From Chrysomallon squamiferum (taxonomy: Eukaryota; Animalia; Mollusca), in assembly GCA_012295275.1 (NCBI GenBank), contig CM022675.1, positions 1,426,001-1,490,000 of the forward strand: a stretch of DNA of 64,000 nt. The letters are read 5' to 3'. A program made the translations under genes and the position numbers. The number at the start of each line of letters is the position of its first letter. Within the stretch, counting starts at the first letter, position 1. The notes beneath the pieces are model-generated. The model saw only the letters and a list, made by a program, of their open reading frames with translations. It had not been told where the DNA came from and ran no database searches. Shown in pieces: positions 24,456 to 40,961 of this stretch.

Positions 24456-24848
24456 CTTTTTATATTGGAAAAAAAAACATTATTTACGGCTTGTTGTAAT
24501 ACATTATCACTTATACTTACACACATATATAACTACAGTGTATACGTCATAAGTAAGAACACTAATAATTCTATTGCCTCTGCAAGTAATTGATGAGTTT
24601 TATCCTTCTAGTTTATTATTATTTTTTATTTTTTTTTTTTATATTTCATATACGTTCATCTGTTCAGATTTCGGTTAAGGTGTTTTTGATTCGTTTGACT
24701 GAATCAATTATACTACTACTACTACTACTACTACTACTAAAAATAATAAGTAACAACAGTAATAATACAATAACAATAATAATTATAATTATAATACCAT
24801 CAGAAATAATCCCAAAATAAGGGCTATGATGATGATGGTAATAATAAC

Positions 24849-24932
<84 letters not shown>

Positions 24933-24946
24933 AAGAAGAAGAATAC

Positions 24947-25113
24947 CATCACATATAATCCCAAAATAATCAGGGAGATGAGTACGAGTTAAATACTTCC
25001 AAGTGGCACAGTCATCAACATCCATTTCAAAACCATCACAATGTGTATTAAAAAATAATACCGGTGCATTTGTGTCTGGAAAGAAACTTCCATCACGTGG
25101 CATTCCAAACGCA
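24947..25113 (-). CDS. G2 SRCR1 second half
   Basis: Matches G1 6112-6278. Confidence 0.86.
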
Positions 25114-25363
25114 CTGGTGAATAGAAACAGAAATTTAATTGTAACATCAGTGCAAATATACTTTAATTAATGCGATATTAACAGATGCATGCATTTACAT
25201 ATTTAGTTCATTAGACACGTATATATTATATATAACTCATTTTTAAATTTATTGTATGATATTTTCAATTAATACTGAAGTCAAGAACCTGTAAAACAAT
25301 TAGCCATTTTGTTTTCCTTTGAGTTTATTCTTTCTACATACTTGTACTTCACAAAACAGGATT

Positions 25364-25494
<131 letters not shown>

Positions 25495-26407
25495 ATTAAA
25501 TGCAGTTCTTTGAAACTCAGTGTACTGTATTACGTAGTAACACCCAATTTGTCTAATGTAAACTCAAGTGCTGGAAGTAAGTAAAAGTGTTCTTTAAATG
25601 TTTAGAATTCGCTCTCATTGACTTATAAACAACACAAGGACAAAAACAACTACGAGTCTTATAACGATAATTCTCTTCTTTTCAGCCATAAGTTTGTGTG
25701 TGTGTGTGCGTTTTGGTTTTTAGAAAACATTGGCATCTAGGAAATCGAAACGCAACAATGGTTTTAAAAATATCAAGTGCAGTTAATTGAACATCAAAGC
25801 AGTGTCTATTGAAGGGTAGCTCATATTTTGTTATTACATATTTGGTCTTATATAGAAACATATCAAATTATTTTATTGATATATTTAATACGTAGGTAAC
25901 ATTACAATGTTTAGAGTTATATCCTTTTATTTATATATTTACTATGTCACACATCTGATATAAATAATATATATATATATTGTTATTAATATATTTCCAA
26001 TATTACATAATGCTTCTTTTTTAGGTAAGTATTCCAACTTTTTGATGGTGTGGGTTTTCCATAGTACATACTGGATGGAAAAGAAATGTTTTGTCTGTTA
26101 AGAACTCTAAAACTTACAACTGGAGAGTTGGGAGACATTCTTTGATAACATTTGTATATATCTCTTTTTAATCTATAAACACACACACACATCCACAAAC
26201 GCACGCACAAACAAACTAACACACACACATGCACACATATGTGGATAGTATTTTTAAGTACATATTTGCCTCACTACCTTTACTAGAAATACTTTTTCTA
26301 GTTTTTTTGATGTTGTAACAGTTGTTATTACAGTTACGTTGTAGTGGTGATGATGGTGTTAGCAAATATAACACAATGTTTATTAGAGAAAATTCGTATT
26401 AACTTAC

Positions 26408-26549
26408 TTGTTGAAGCCGAGAGTTCTACAAACCACAGTGGCCTCAAAGTAGTAGAAATTCATACTGATAACGTGGCCCCAGGTACCGTCGTTCAAAACT
26501 TCTAGTCGACCTTGTTTAGTTGTATTACCACCAGCCAGACGAACACTCA
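26408..26549 (-). CDS. G2 SRCR1 first half
   Basis: Matches G1 7638-7779. Confidence 0.88.
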
Positions 26550-26915
26550 CTTCATAGATGAAAAACAAATATACAATATATTTTTATTAACACACACACG
26601 TCTTAACACGTATACAGCTGCTGCTGAAATGTGGACATTTTTAACTTATATGGTGTGAAAAGTTCAAGAAGAGAAGACACAGTGAACTCACAACTGAAGA
26701 GGGAAACCATTGACTACACAACGACTGGTTCAGAATTGAGAAGAAATATATGTCCATTCTATTAAATTGTGGAAAACTGTTTAGGAATATTTTATTAGCA
26801 GTTTAAAAATAGGAACTTTACACTTTTAGGACAAAACTCCACAACGTATTAGTTCATCAACATGAAGTGAATATTTGATGTGTTTCTTATTATGCTGTTA
26901 TAGACCCACATTTAC

Positions 26916-26960
26916 CTGGCTTAAGATCTCTAATCTTTTGTGGTACAGTCGCGCTCAAAT
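26916..26960 (-). CDS. G2 45-nt linker mini-exon
   Basis: Matches G1 8146-8190. Confidence 0.72.
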
Positions 26961-27078
26961 CTGTGAATAGAGAAACGAAAATCTGCAAAAATGTCATTAC
27001 GTTATTATTTGTACTGTCGTTGTGGTTGTTGTTGTTGTTTGATTATTATTATTATTATTAATAACATCATCATCATCA

Positions 27079-27139
<61 letters not shown>

Positions 27140-27171
27140 GTAAAATATAAGAAGAAACAGCATTTTCTTAC

Positions 27172-27315
27172 TTGTAGAAAATTCAAATGTAAGTTCTTCA
27201 TCTAAAGAGACAGCTGCTGATTCTGAAACTGAACGACCTGTTTTTGAGGTTGATGTTGAACTGGAGAAGAGAGGAGTCTATTGAGCTAACTGTGTTTGTG
27301 ATGTTCTGTCCGTTT
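27172..27315 (-). CDS. G2 ZP linker/IHP exon carrying a +1 frameshift
   Basis: gaaCgacctg vs gaagacctg in G1; reads NRSFSFRISSCLFR* (stop 27198-27200). Confidence 0.82.
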
Positions 27316-27693
27316 CTGCTGAATAACATTAGAAACAAACACACGTAAAACCTAATATCATAAACAAGATTAATATTCACACTTTGAACATATACATTTT
27401 CTTCCTCACTATAACCAATGGTTTTAATTGCACAAATAAATCACAAATCTTGATATATGAGATGAATTGGTAAACTACTCAACTATTAACTTCGTATTTA
27501 GAAATAACTTTTATAAAAATTTAACATAAAAATAAACTGATAAGTGAATGAATAAACGAAACTAAGAGATACAACACAAACATACGTATAATTGTCAGCA
27601 CAATTATTACTACTACGACTATTACAGCTACTACTAACAGTTTTATAGAAAACTACAGTTTGAAACAGAGAAAAGAAGAAGATAGTAACTAAC

Positions 27694-27845
27694 ACGATAA
27701 GGTCTTCGCTTGTGATAACTTTGGTGACAGTCACAGTTGTAGCAGAATCGTTCTTCTCACAAGTGACAGAGACTTTTGTGTCGAGGTTTGTCATAAACTT
27801 TTCACTGAACTGAATGATCACATCTCGAGTTCGACCTCCATTTAG
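27694..27845 (-). CDS. G2 ZP-N exon b
   Basis: Matches G1 8921-9072. Confidence 0.86.
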
Positions 27846-28038
27846 CTGTAAAAACGAGTCACAATTGCTATAGGTAGGTACAATACTATTTCAAATATGA
27901 CATCTAATATTACTGTATACACAGAAAACATGCACATTTTTTTTGTTAATATGTTTGCTGACAACAAAATTCCACAACCCCCGAAAAAGTTATATCTAAA
28001 CAAATTAAACTGCCAAATAAATATGTAAAGAGCGAAAA

Positions 28039-28089
<51 letters not shown>

Positions 28090-28110
28090 AAAGAAATGGT
28101 TGGAACTAAC

Positions 28111-28298
28111 CTGAGTGATGCCACCACAGTCACTATCCTGAACATTCAGAGCCACACCCTTTTTTCCGGCGGGTAGATCTGATTTTGTGAACGTACAACC
28201 TGTCGTGTCTTTCTCACCTTTAACATAGACGACACCACTGAATGTTCCAGCAGGATTAACGACAATCAACATAGAACTTTTCTGACAGGAAACTTCAT
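28111..28298 (-). CDS. G2 ZP-N exon a
   Basis: Matches G1 9306-9493. Confidence 0.88.
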
Positions 28299-29495
28299 CT
28301 GAAATAAATAATTTGTTCTTTCTCATACATGCAAACTGAAACAATATTGTCAAACCAAGAAGTGTCGATATCGCTGGAGCGAATGGATAAAGTCGATTTA
28401 ACACGAATATCGACAGAAGCAATAGACAATGCTTCGCACTGAAAATGAAGTATATGCACTTGGATGGATTTAGTTTTATATTAGACATTTTAAATATTTA
28501 GCAATCAAGAATCAATTAATGCACGTACAAAATTAGTAATCGTAGTCGAACACCTTTAATCAGATCACTGCTGTGTGACAAGTTGCTGGTTGCGTTGATG
28601 ACGTGCCAACCGAATCCATATTTTCTACAATTAGTGAAACTTATGTCACTGCATCTTCAGAATGTGAATAAAATTATTAAATTAATTTTAGGAACCATGA
28701 ACTTCTAACAGAAATGAAAATGTTTTACAGAAGCACAGATACAAATTTCTTCACAATATATTTGACTAATTAACAGAGTGTTTCAATGAAGTCTGTTGCG
28801 TACTGGTGCGAAAGTTAAATAGCTACGAAAGTCTCAAATATAACGGACTGCATTTTGCATTGACATCTGAGCTCTCCACAATCTGAGCCAAGAAATGTAG
28901 AGTCTCTACTGCTGAAAGGTGTTTTTGTTCTGAAAAATCAGAGCCTCATTATTCTTCGTATCAATCTATCAAGGCCAGGTACAGCGGGGAGAGGTACAAC
29001 TTCTTCAACACTGCTTTACTGTGACACTGGGACACAGCTGATTCAGTTAAAATCACAACTGGAGACTCTTTTGAATCTGTTACTTTAACAAGGCAGAAAC
29101 AACAGTTAATTGTTCACACAGACATTTTATCCCACGAAAGTTTAAAAATCTGACTCCATCAAAAACAAATGCTCAAATCTATATTGTGTTCCTATATTTA
29201 ATTATGATATGTTATCGATGGTGCACTTTTTTACTTTGAATCGTACACTGGTTCACTGGTTGAGTATGACTCGTGGTGTTTGGGTGAAAGAGATTTTAAT
29301 TTTATATTAGTCACACGTGTGTGGGGTTTGTAGAATACACATACAAAACTGGTAACAAGTTTAATAAATGGTAATGTTGGCAATAACTGAGAAATGATCT
29401 TGCATTCAATAGTAATAATATAGTTACGTAAAATATAATGTATCATTGTTATTATTATTATTATTATTATACTAGAAATAAAGTAAATAACTCAC

Positions 29496-29594
29496 ATCTT
29501 TTGTTTTCACAATCATCTCCATATAAATCAGATTGACAGAAATGAGAGAAGACTCGTAAACTGCCGTAGCCTGAACCATAGCCTGAACCATAGC
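29496..29594 (-). CDS. G2 remodelled EGF2 exon
   Basis: YGSGYGSGYGSLRVFSHFCQSDLYGDDCENKR. Confidence 0.75.
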
Positions 29595-29735
29595 CTTAAA
29601 ACAAAATTTAATATTTGTGATTCTGAAACGTTTTAACATTTTCATACCATCTTTAAAAATAAAAATAATAAAATAGTATCAATAATAAATTTTTTTATAA
29701 AAATAATAATAGTAGTAATAGTAGTAGTAGTAGTA

Positions 29736-29784
<49 letters not shown>

Positions 29785-29895
29785 GAAGAAGGAGACCTTT
29801 GACCTAATGTGTAATTAAGTAATTATGTGATAATCAGTGACTACAAGTACTTCTTTTCATATAAACATTTAATATTTTAAAATTACGTTACTCAC

Positions 29896-30015
29896 TTTTC
29901 TTCTGCTCACAGTTGTAGCCAGTGTAGTCATTTCCACAGTCACAGGTGCCATTTTGACAAATTTTATTATTAGCACAATCCTGACCTTGTCGTCTGCAGT
30001 CGAAGTACTCTTCAC
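29896..30015 (-). CDS. G2 EGF1 exon
   Basis: [39 protein letters not shown]; six Cys. Confidence 0.9.
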
Positions 30016-30257
30016 CTGTAAACAAGTACAACATTACAACAGACGATAACTTACAAGTATAAAATACATCCTCACGGAATTAATTTAAAACAAAACTAAA
30101 CGAATGAATGCATGAATAAATAAATTAATTTTATTTTCAGCAAGCCCAAACCAAAAAAAAGATATATAATTTATATCAGAAAAGAATCAATATTTGATTT
30201 ATCTAGGTGTTTTTTTTTCTTAATTATGTGACTGGAAAGAATCGTAGGAAAAATTAC

Positions 30258-30309
30258 CTAGTGTGATGGAACAACTTAGAAGTATCAGATATACGAATGA
30301 TATCCACAT
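30258..30309 (-). CDS. G2 signal-peptide exon (coding part)
   Basis: [17 protein letters not shown] then G|gtaatt; acceptor ttttcag 12 nt before the ATG. Confidence 0.85.
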
Positions 30310-30984
30310 CTTTAGTTTATGCTGAAAAAGTGAAGCAAAGTAAAGTAAAGAAAAGTTAAATAACTGAATGAATAAGTAAAGAAGAATAGAAAAAAGAAAG
30401 GAAAAACGGTGAAGAAGTCTGAGAAATGGCTTATTATAGATATCTTATATATATATTTGTATACCTGGCTGCCTGTTCAAAAAAAAAAAAATAATAATAA
30501 TAAAAACATATTTACACATATATATATATATATAAAACAATAAACAAACAACATAATTGAAGAAATAAACAGAAAGTCAGATGGTTTGTTCATATATTAG
30601 AAATTAATTGTTTAATTTCTACAACATAACGCTTATTTATATGTTATATTGTTTGCATGTACATAAAGATGCAATTCAACAAGTAAAGAAAAACTCATCT
30701 GGTTTCTTCATATGTAAATATTTGACAGTTTAATTTTTAAAGTATAACGCTTTTCACGTCACTGTGTTGTCGAATATTTAATTTGCCAGTTATTAATTTA
30801 AGTTATTTTGATGTCAGACTGAAATCCTGGTTTCTGATTGGACCCGTTTTGTGAGTGTTGATTAAACGTATGTAGTGAGCAAGTAGCTCTGAAGTTAAGT
30901 TGTTTAACATAATGTTTTCATCTGGAAGAAAGCACATTTATATCATTGTGAACTAATGTTTGCCAATACTCTGTCATAATACAT

Positions 30985-33473
<2,489 letters not shown>

Positions 33474-33480
33474 AATAATA

Positions 33481-33511
<31 letters not shown>

Positions 33512-33876
33512 TTAACATCTACCGCGAAAACTTTAAAGAGATATTGATCTCTCTTGTGTATAAGAATAGAAAGACAAAAAATAACAACAATAATAAATAT
33601 GATGATGATGATGATGATTATAGTAATAATAGTCATAATCATATAAATAAATTAAAAGAAACAAATAAATAAGTAAATAAATAAATGCATACATACATAC
33701 ATATATAAAATTGGTATAAACAATAAAATATGTAAAATATGATCTGACAATCAATTTGAGAGACTTGTGAGACAGCAGGTTACAGATTCTTTGCTTTTAC
33801 GTAACAGTCAAAATAGAGCTCACTATGATATAAACAATCTAAAGATATGAAACGTTTGTTAATATAATAATAATAA

Positions 33877-33907
<31 letters not shown>

Positions 33908-34174
33908 AAGAAGAAGAAGAAGAAGACGAAAGAGAAGAAGAAGAAGAAGAAGACGAAGAAGAAAGAGAAAAAGAAGGAATAAATAAATAGATTTATATTC
34001 ACGGCTATAACAAACTATAATGAATTTTTTCAATCATAACTTCAGTCTTTCTTGAGGTTAACAAAAAGAAACTACTTATATAATCACCATTGAAGACTGA
34101 GTCACTTGTAGGTAGGTAACATTCAAACAATTAATGTGTGACCATTTATTTAATGAACACTCATATGTACGTAC

Positions 34175-34214
<40 letters not shown>

Positions 34215-34279
34215 AGAAGGAACGTCAACTTAATTAAAAGGAAATCATGAGAAAGCTTTGCTAAACGAAGCCGATTTCA

Positions 34280-34401
<122 letters not shown>

Positions 34402-35892
34402 TAGTTTTTTGTTGCATATATTTGAGGACTAACCAAAAACAAAACAAAACAAAAAACTGTTAGGATTATCAACATGATCAGTACTGCCCTATATAAGATT
34501 TACATCTTAAATGTACAGGTAATAAACAACACAATCTCAACAACAATAACAACAGCAATAATAATAACATCATCAACAACAACAACAACAACAACAACAA
34601 CAAGAAACAACAACAACAACAACAACAATAATAATAATAATAATAAAATAGCCAGTTTCTGTAAAAATCTTCTGTCGTTATGATTTACATGAGTGAGTTA
34701 TTTGATGTTAAACGTTTAAGACTGCTAAAATGTGTTCTGGATTCTCTCCTGGTGAATAGGCCACAAACTAAATTGTTAATGCAACTCAACATGACTTTAC
34801 ACTTAATAACAACAGTCGTATTATAGAGAAAATTTACACACAGACACACACATACACACTTACACACACACAAAGAAAGATCTATACAAACCTCTCTACT
34901 TACCTACCTACCTACCTACCTACATACATGTATAAATGCAAAAATAGATGTATATATGTATATTCGTACATACGTTTGACTTATATTCATAATTATGTTT
35001 AATTTAGCAAATTCTCTCTCAATATTTTGAACACGTTACACACTTATTTCTTGAACTACGTTACTCTGGTCATGTAACTCCCTGTATAGGTGAAATTATA
35101 TGACGTTATTTAGTTAAGATATCAATAATATTAAATTATTTCAACTCAAGCTGCCTATGAATGGGTTTTACTTTTTTTTTCTAGGACGCAAAAACAAAGT
35201 GTATTATATAATTCTGACCAGATTGCTTATATCATCTCTTATGTTGAGTTGTTTTACCTTTCAAGTACGTAGGCTGATATGTTTGTAAACTAATGCAAAA
35301 TAAGATTTGAAATTAGAAAAATACTTTCATAAACTATTAAAATAATGACAAGGAGAATAAATGAAAACCAAAGAATGTTTGGGAACTCATAATGCTTCTA
35401 ATTTGGAAGGAAAATGTCATGAAATATTTTCTAATATATACAAATATTAATTTACTGCATGACATCAGTTCTGTAAATTATATAGTGGTACACACTTTAT
35501 TGAAATTTATATGGAAAACATTTTTGTTTTTGGATACCTAAAAGTGCATCTGTGACAGTATTGATAAATGATACAGATCATATATATTACAATAGCTTAA
35601 TACAATAATTACACAACATTTAAATAAAGTCGCTTTGCATTTTTGTATCAAGCGTAGTGATGTTATCACTTGCGTGGCGAATTTATATGTGTTGTCTCTA
35701 ATCTTAGAAGATATTTCTAGCAAATAAATAAACCGTGCACGCGTTTAAGTCAACACTACAGAAATATATATTAGACTGCACTTTTTAGTTTTACGATAAA
35801 TTAAAACTAGATTGCTGAACGCAAGTTAAACGTAAAACAGAGTATATTTACTTTCTTAATAAAATAAAATAGAAGAAAATAGAAGAAAATTA

Positions 35893-35923
<31 letters not shown>

Positions 35924-36165
35924 AAAAATAAAATAGATATTAAACGATAATTATAACAATAACATCAAAAATAATATCGCTTGATTCGAATATTATTAAA
36001 AAGGTTAATTTGTGAAAATTAATCGCCTCTTAAAATAAATATAATATAATATAATATAACATAGCAATGTAATATAATATAACATAATATAATATAATAT
36101 AATATAATACAATATTGTACAGAAAATACATACATATTAACTGAAGCAAAGTAACTTGAACCTAC

Positions 36166-36244
36166 CTCGTTTCTTGTGACACTCAGAAATGAATCTTTGT
36201 CCTCACTTACACAGTTCAGTGTGTTTAGAATAAAACATAAAACT
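36166..36244 (-). other. Putative non-coding first exon of G2
   Basis: Same sequence as 12286-12364; donor GTAGGT; about 5.8 kb upstream of the ATG exon. Confidence 0.65.
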
Positions 36245-36275
36245 GCATCTCACGATGCGTTTTGCTGTATTTATA
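36241..36275 (-). promoter_or_regulatory. Core promoter of G2: TATA box and Inr-like motif
   Basis: TATAAATA 36275-36268, 31 nt upstream of the A of GCAGTT (36244). Confidence 0.6.
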
Positions 36276-36367
36276 TGGTAAGGACAAAGAAACCATCCTG
36301 TCCAATGAATAACTGCTTTTTAGTATTGCATCATACATGAGCTGTATGTTTCTTCAAACTTATTATA

Positions 36368-36410
<43 letters not shown>

Positions 36411-36502
36411 TTGTTTATTTATTTATTATAATTTATTTAAGTATATATCTTTATGGTGTGTGTATATGTCTGTGTGTGCAAAATTAGATAATACAAACAC
36501 AA

Positions 36503-36581
<79 letters not shown>

Positions 36582-37547
36582 TTCTCTCTCTGTATGTCTA
36601 TGTGTGTGTCTGTGTGTCTTTCTGAATACTTAATCATTTTTTTATTTGGTTTTTTATTTACTTATTGCCTTTTTGTATAATTTTATATATTTAATTATTT
36701 TTTATTTGCTATGCATTTACTTGTCTAATATTTTTCTTTCGCAGTTTTAACGTAATTTCTGTTTAGTGTTAATGATAAGTTTATTTTTTTATTTATTTAT
36801 TAAATTATTTATTTATTCATTTATTTGTTTATTTATTTGCTGCTACATGAGAGTCTGCTCACTGAATATAATTCTATTAACGTGTAGTTGGGTGTATTTA
36901 TTTATATACGCATATGTATGTGCGTGCGTGTTTTGTTTATTTATCTATCTTATTTAATTGCATTTACTTGTTTGTTACATTGTTTGTGTTTGTTATCTTT
37001 TATTATTATTAATTTATTTCTTCACTTAGTTATTTATTAATTTATTTATTATAATTTTGTTCTTTGATTCCTTTTGTGTTTGTGTTTGTGTGTGTGTATG
37101 TGAGAGAATTATTTCGTTAGCGATATCATTTATTTATTTAAAATTTAAATTTTGTGTCTTTGTTTGCTTGTGCGTTTGCTGTTTATATCTTTAACTGAAT
37201 ATTTACAAGAAAAAATAAATATTTTAATGATATACCGGTTTTGTACAAGAAAATGGAATGCTGACAAAATTATAATAATACTGATATAATACGTATTGTG
37301 ATGTGCTATTGTAATGTTAAGTGAGATAAAATATATCACTGTAGTGTTTGGTTGTCTGACAGGAGGTTGTGTTTGAGGTGTTTCCTCCATGTTAGTCATG
37401 CTCAGTTTTACTCGTTCAAACATACTGGAGGAAATAAATTTTAAAACTTTCGTGAAAATATTGTTCATTAGGTTAAGAAAGAATCACAACTTCATGATGG
37501 TATTTATGAAGAACGATGACTAAATGTTCAGTGACAAAATTAAAACA

Positions 37548-37750
37548 GGTTGTCTTGATGGACGAATGGTATCGTCTTCAGACTTCGGAGTTTGGGTGAA
37601 TGGGTGTCATAGGTTCGAATCTCGGCAGCAGCATCTGACGGGGTTGGTGAGTTCGTATTTAGACTTTATCCTGTGTCAGTGCGTACGTGAATATTGTCTA
37701 TGTGTCATGTATAATGAGAAGTAAATAAGGCAGACCACTACACGTGAGTT
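37548..37750 (+). mobile_element. tRNA-derived SINE-like element (duplicate of 13718-13920)
   Basis: A-box-like TGGACGAATGG; B box GGTTCGAATC at 37612-37621. Confidence 0.58.
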
Positions 37751-38393
37751 CGGTTTGCATAGCTATATACAAATACATATATATAGATACATACATGCAT
37801 ACAGATGTAAACATGCACACGCAGGTACATGCAAGCATGGATACATTCACACACGTGCACTGCTATTGTCACACTGTTGCTAATTACAATGTAATACAAA
37901 TGTTACACGTCTAAAAAGAAAGAACACTTCATTTAAAATCCACGCTTCAGTTAACATTTAACAACTGTGGGAGCGACGGTGCAAAATACAGTGCACTGAC
38001 GTTGAAATGTCTTGAAAAAAAAGAAACATAATTATACATACATAAATATATATGAATTGCTTTTATCAGAGTCTTGCTAAAATGTTACTCATACAAATGT
38101 TAGACTTGAAAGTCAAAGCAGACTTTTAGTTACTCAGTACAACTGATCTAACACTAAGAAAACTGGGAGTTACTATGTAATATACAATACACTGATTTTC
38201 AATTAACTGTTCTTAAAACACACACACACACTTATGAGAGAATTGTTTGAAAGAAAGATAATTATATACATCGTATTTGCTTTTATCGTTCTGTTGCTTA
38301 TAAGTCAATGAGAGCGAATTGTAGACATTTTTACTTACTGTCAACACTTTAGTTAATGTTAACAATGGTGGGTGTTACTATATAGTACGGTAT

Positions 38394-38513
<120 letters not shown>

Positions 38514-38663
38514 ATTTATTTCCTACTTTGATAACCGGAGGTCAACGCTAGTTGTCGCCAACGTATAAAGAAGAAGCATACCATCAAATTTAGATAACAA
38601 GAAAATGTATATTGATTTCTTTTTTTATTTTTTTATTTCTTCTTCTTCTTCTAATGATTTTTG

Positions 38664-38707
<44 letters not shown>

Positions 38708-38711
38708 GTAG

Positions 38712-38748
<37 letters not shown>

Positions 38749-38749
38749 G

Positions 38750-38789
<40 letters not shown>

Positions 38790-39552
38790 GATATGATTAT
38801 TATTATTATTATCATTATTATTGTTATTATCATCAATATTTTGAATCATTTATTAGACTTTTCGTTTTTATGATTTATGGAATGAAACGGAATTTAAATT
38901 CCTTTGATAAAATCTTTTGCAATTTCAACATTCATCTGAACTTTTGTTTTTGACAATTATTATTCATTATGTATTTCAGCACTTTAGAAAATAAATGAAA
39001 TGGATAGCTGGTGTAGTAGTAGGTAGAACTATATTTATTGTGTTAAAATGAGAGGTGCAACATCTGTTATATTTAACAGTGTGTGTATATACACATGTAT
39101 TTAATTTGTACTGTATTGCTTACATTTTTGTACTTACTTAATTTTATTGTTTCACCGTTTGCTTTTCTCTGTTTTCTGTTTCTATATTTATTTGAATAAT
39201 TTCAGAACAAAAAGCTAAAAAAAGCTAATGACAGAAATTTTAGAGATTCAAAGAGAAACATGACTTTTATTTACTATCCACACATCAGTTAAGAATAAGA
39301 AACTGGGAGTTACTATATAATTGATTTTCAATGAAATGCACTTAGTATATATATATTAACATATAATTATGGACGTTTCGATATTAAGACCGCGTATGAC
39401 AAAAAAGGAGCATTCTAAGTTTGTTATTACAATGTAAAAGTCAGAGTGTATCACTGTACACTTTACTTGTCTGAGAGGAAATTACGTTTTCAGATGTTTC
39501 GTCAATGCTAGTCACTTTGTTTTTTTTCAACTGGTTTTCAGTTAAGACTTCT

Positions 39553-39630
<78 letters not shown>

Positions 39631-40392
39631 AGGAACAGGCGGGCAAACACATTAAATCACTGGTACGTTTCGATAATTAGAAGGCAAACGAGATAAGACT
39701 TAGAAACTCCCAACCCAAAAACTGAAGGGAAATGTAATTGTACATACAATGTACGTATGCATTGCTTTTATCGCAGTGTTGCTAAAAAGTTAATGATAAA
39801 CATTTTAGAGATTGAAAGAGAAACATGACTTTTATTTACTGTCCACACCTCAGTTAACATTAACAATCTGGGAGTTACTATATAATACAGAGTACATTGA
39901 TTTTCAATTAACTGCACTTTGTATATATATATGTATGGACCTTTCGATATTAAGACCTCAAAACAAAATAAAAAAAAAAAAAATAAAAATTATAGTAATA
40001 ATAATAGAATAATAAAAAAATAAAAATGTGTGGAAGAAAATGGCTTAAATGTGTTAACTAAAATAATTATACATACATCAGTTAACATTAACAAAACCGG
40101 GGTTTACTTTTCAGTATACACTGCTTTCATTTTCAGTTAACTGCAATTTAATATTTTTAACAACATTCTTACGTTTCAGTGTATGAGAACGATTTTAATA
40201 AACAAAAACACACACACACACAGACACTTATCAGAGAGTGACTGAAAATTGGGGGAAATATAGTTATATACATTGTATTTTGCTTTTTGCTTATAAGAAA
40301 TTTAAAGAACATGTTTATTTACTTTCAACTTTAGTTTTAGTTAACATTAACAATAGTTTAATTTTACTATGTATATATATATATATATTTAT

Positions 40393-40438
<46 letters not shown>

Positions 40439-40907
40439 TATACATACACATACACACACACATACATATATGTTTCGATATAAAGGCAACGGATGAAAAA
40501 AATATTTATTATTATTTTGTTGTTTTTTATTATTTTTTTTTTTTTTGATTTATTTTCTTTTTTTTTTAATGATTTATTTTTTTTATTTTTCTATTTTTTA
40601 TTCTGTTTGTTTTGTTTTTGTGTGTGTTCATCCGTACATGTGTCTGAATAATAATAATAAAATATTAATAATAATAATAAAAAAATAAATAAATAAATAA
40701 AAAAAAAAAATAAATGAAAACAAATTGAAACAAGAGGAAATTGTAAAACGATTTTTCTGATATTAGAATATATAATTTCGCCAAAAGTATAGTAAAATAA
40801 AAATTCAGTAAGCGTTATCGAATGCTTTCTCCCGTCATTACTTGCCTATGGATCAGGTAAAATAATATTAGTAAATCAAATATAATAATAATAATAATAA
40901 CAACAAC

Positions 40908-40961
<54 letters not shown>

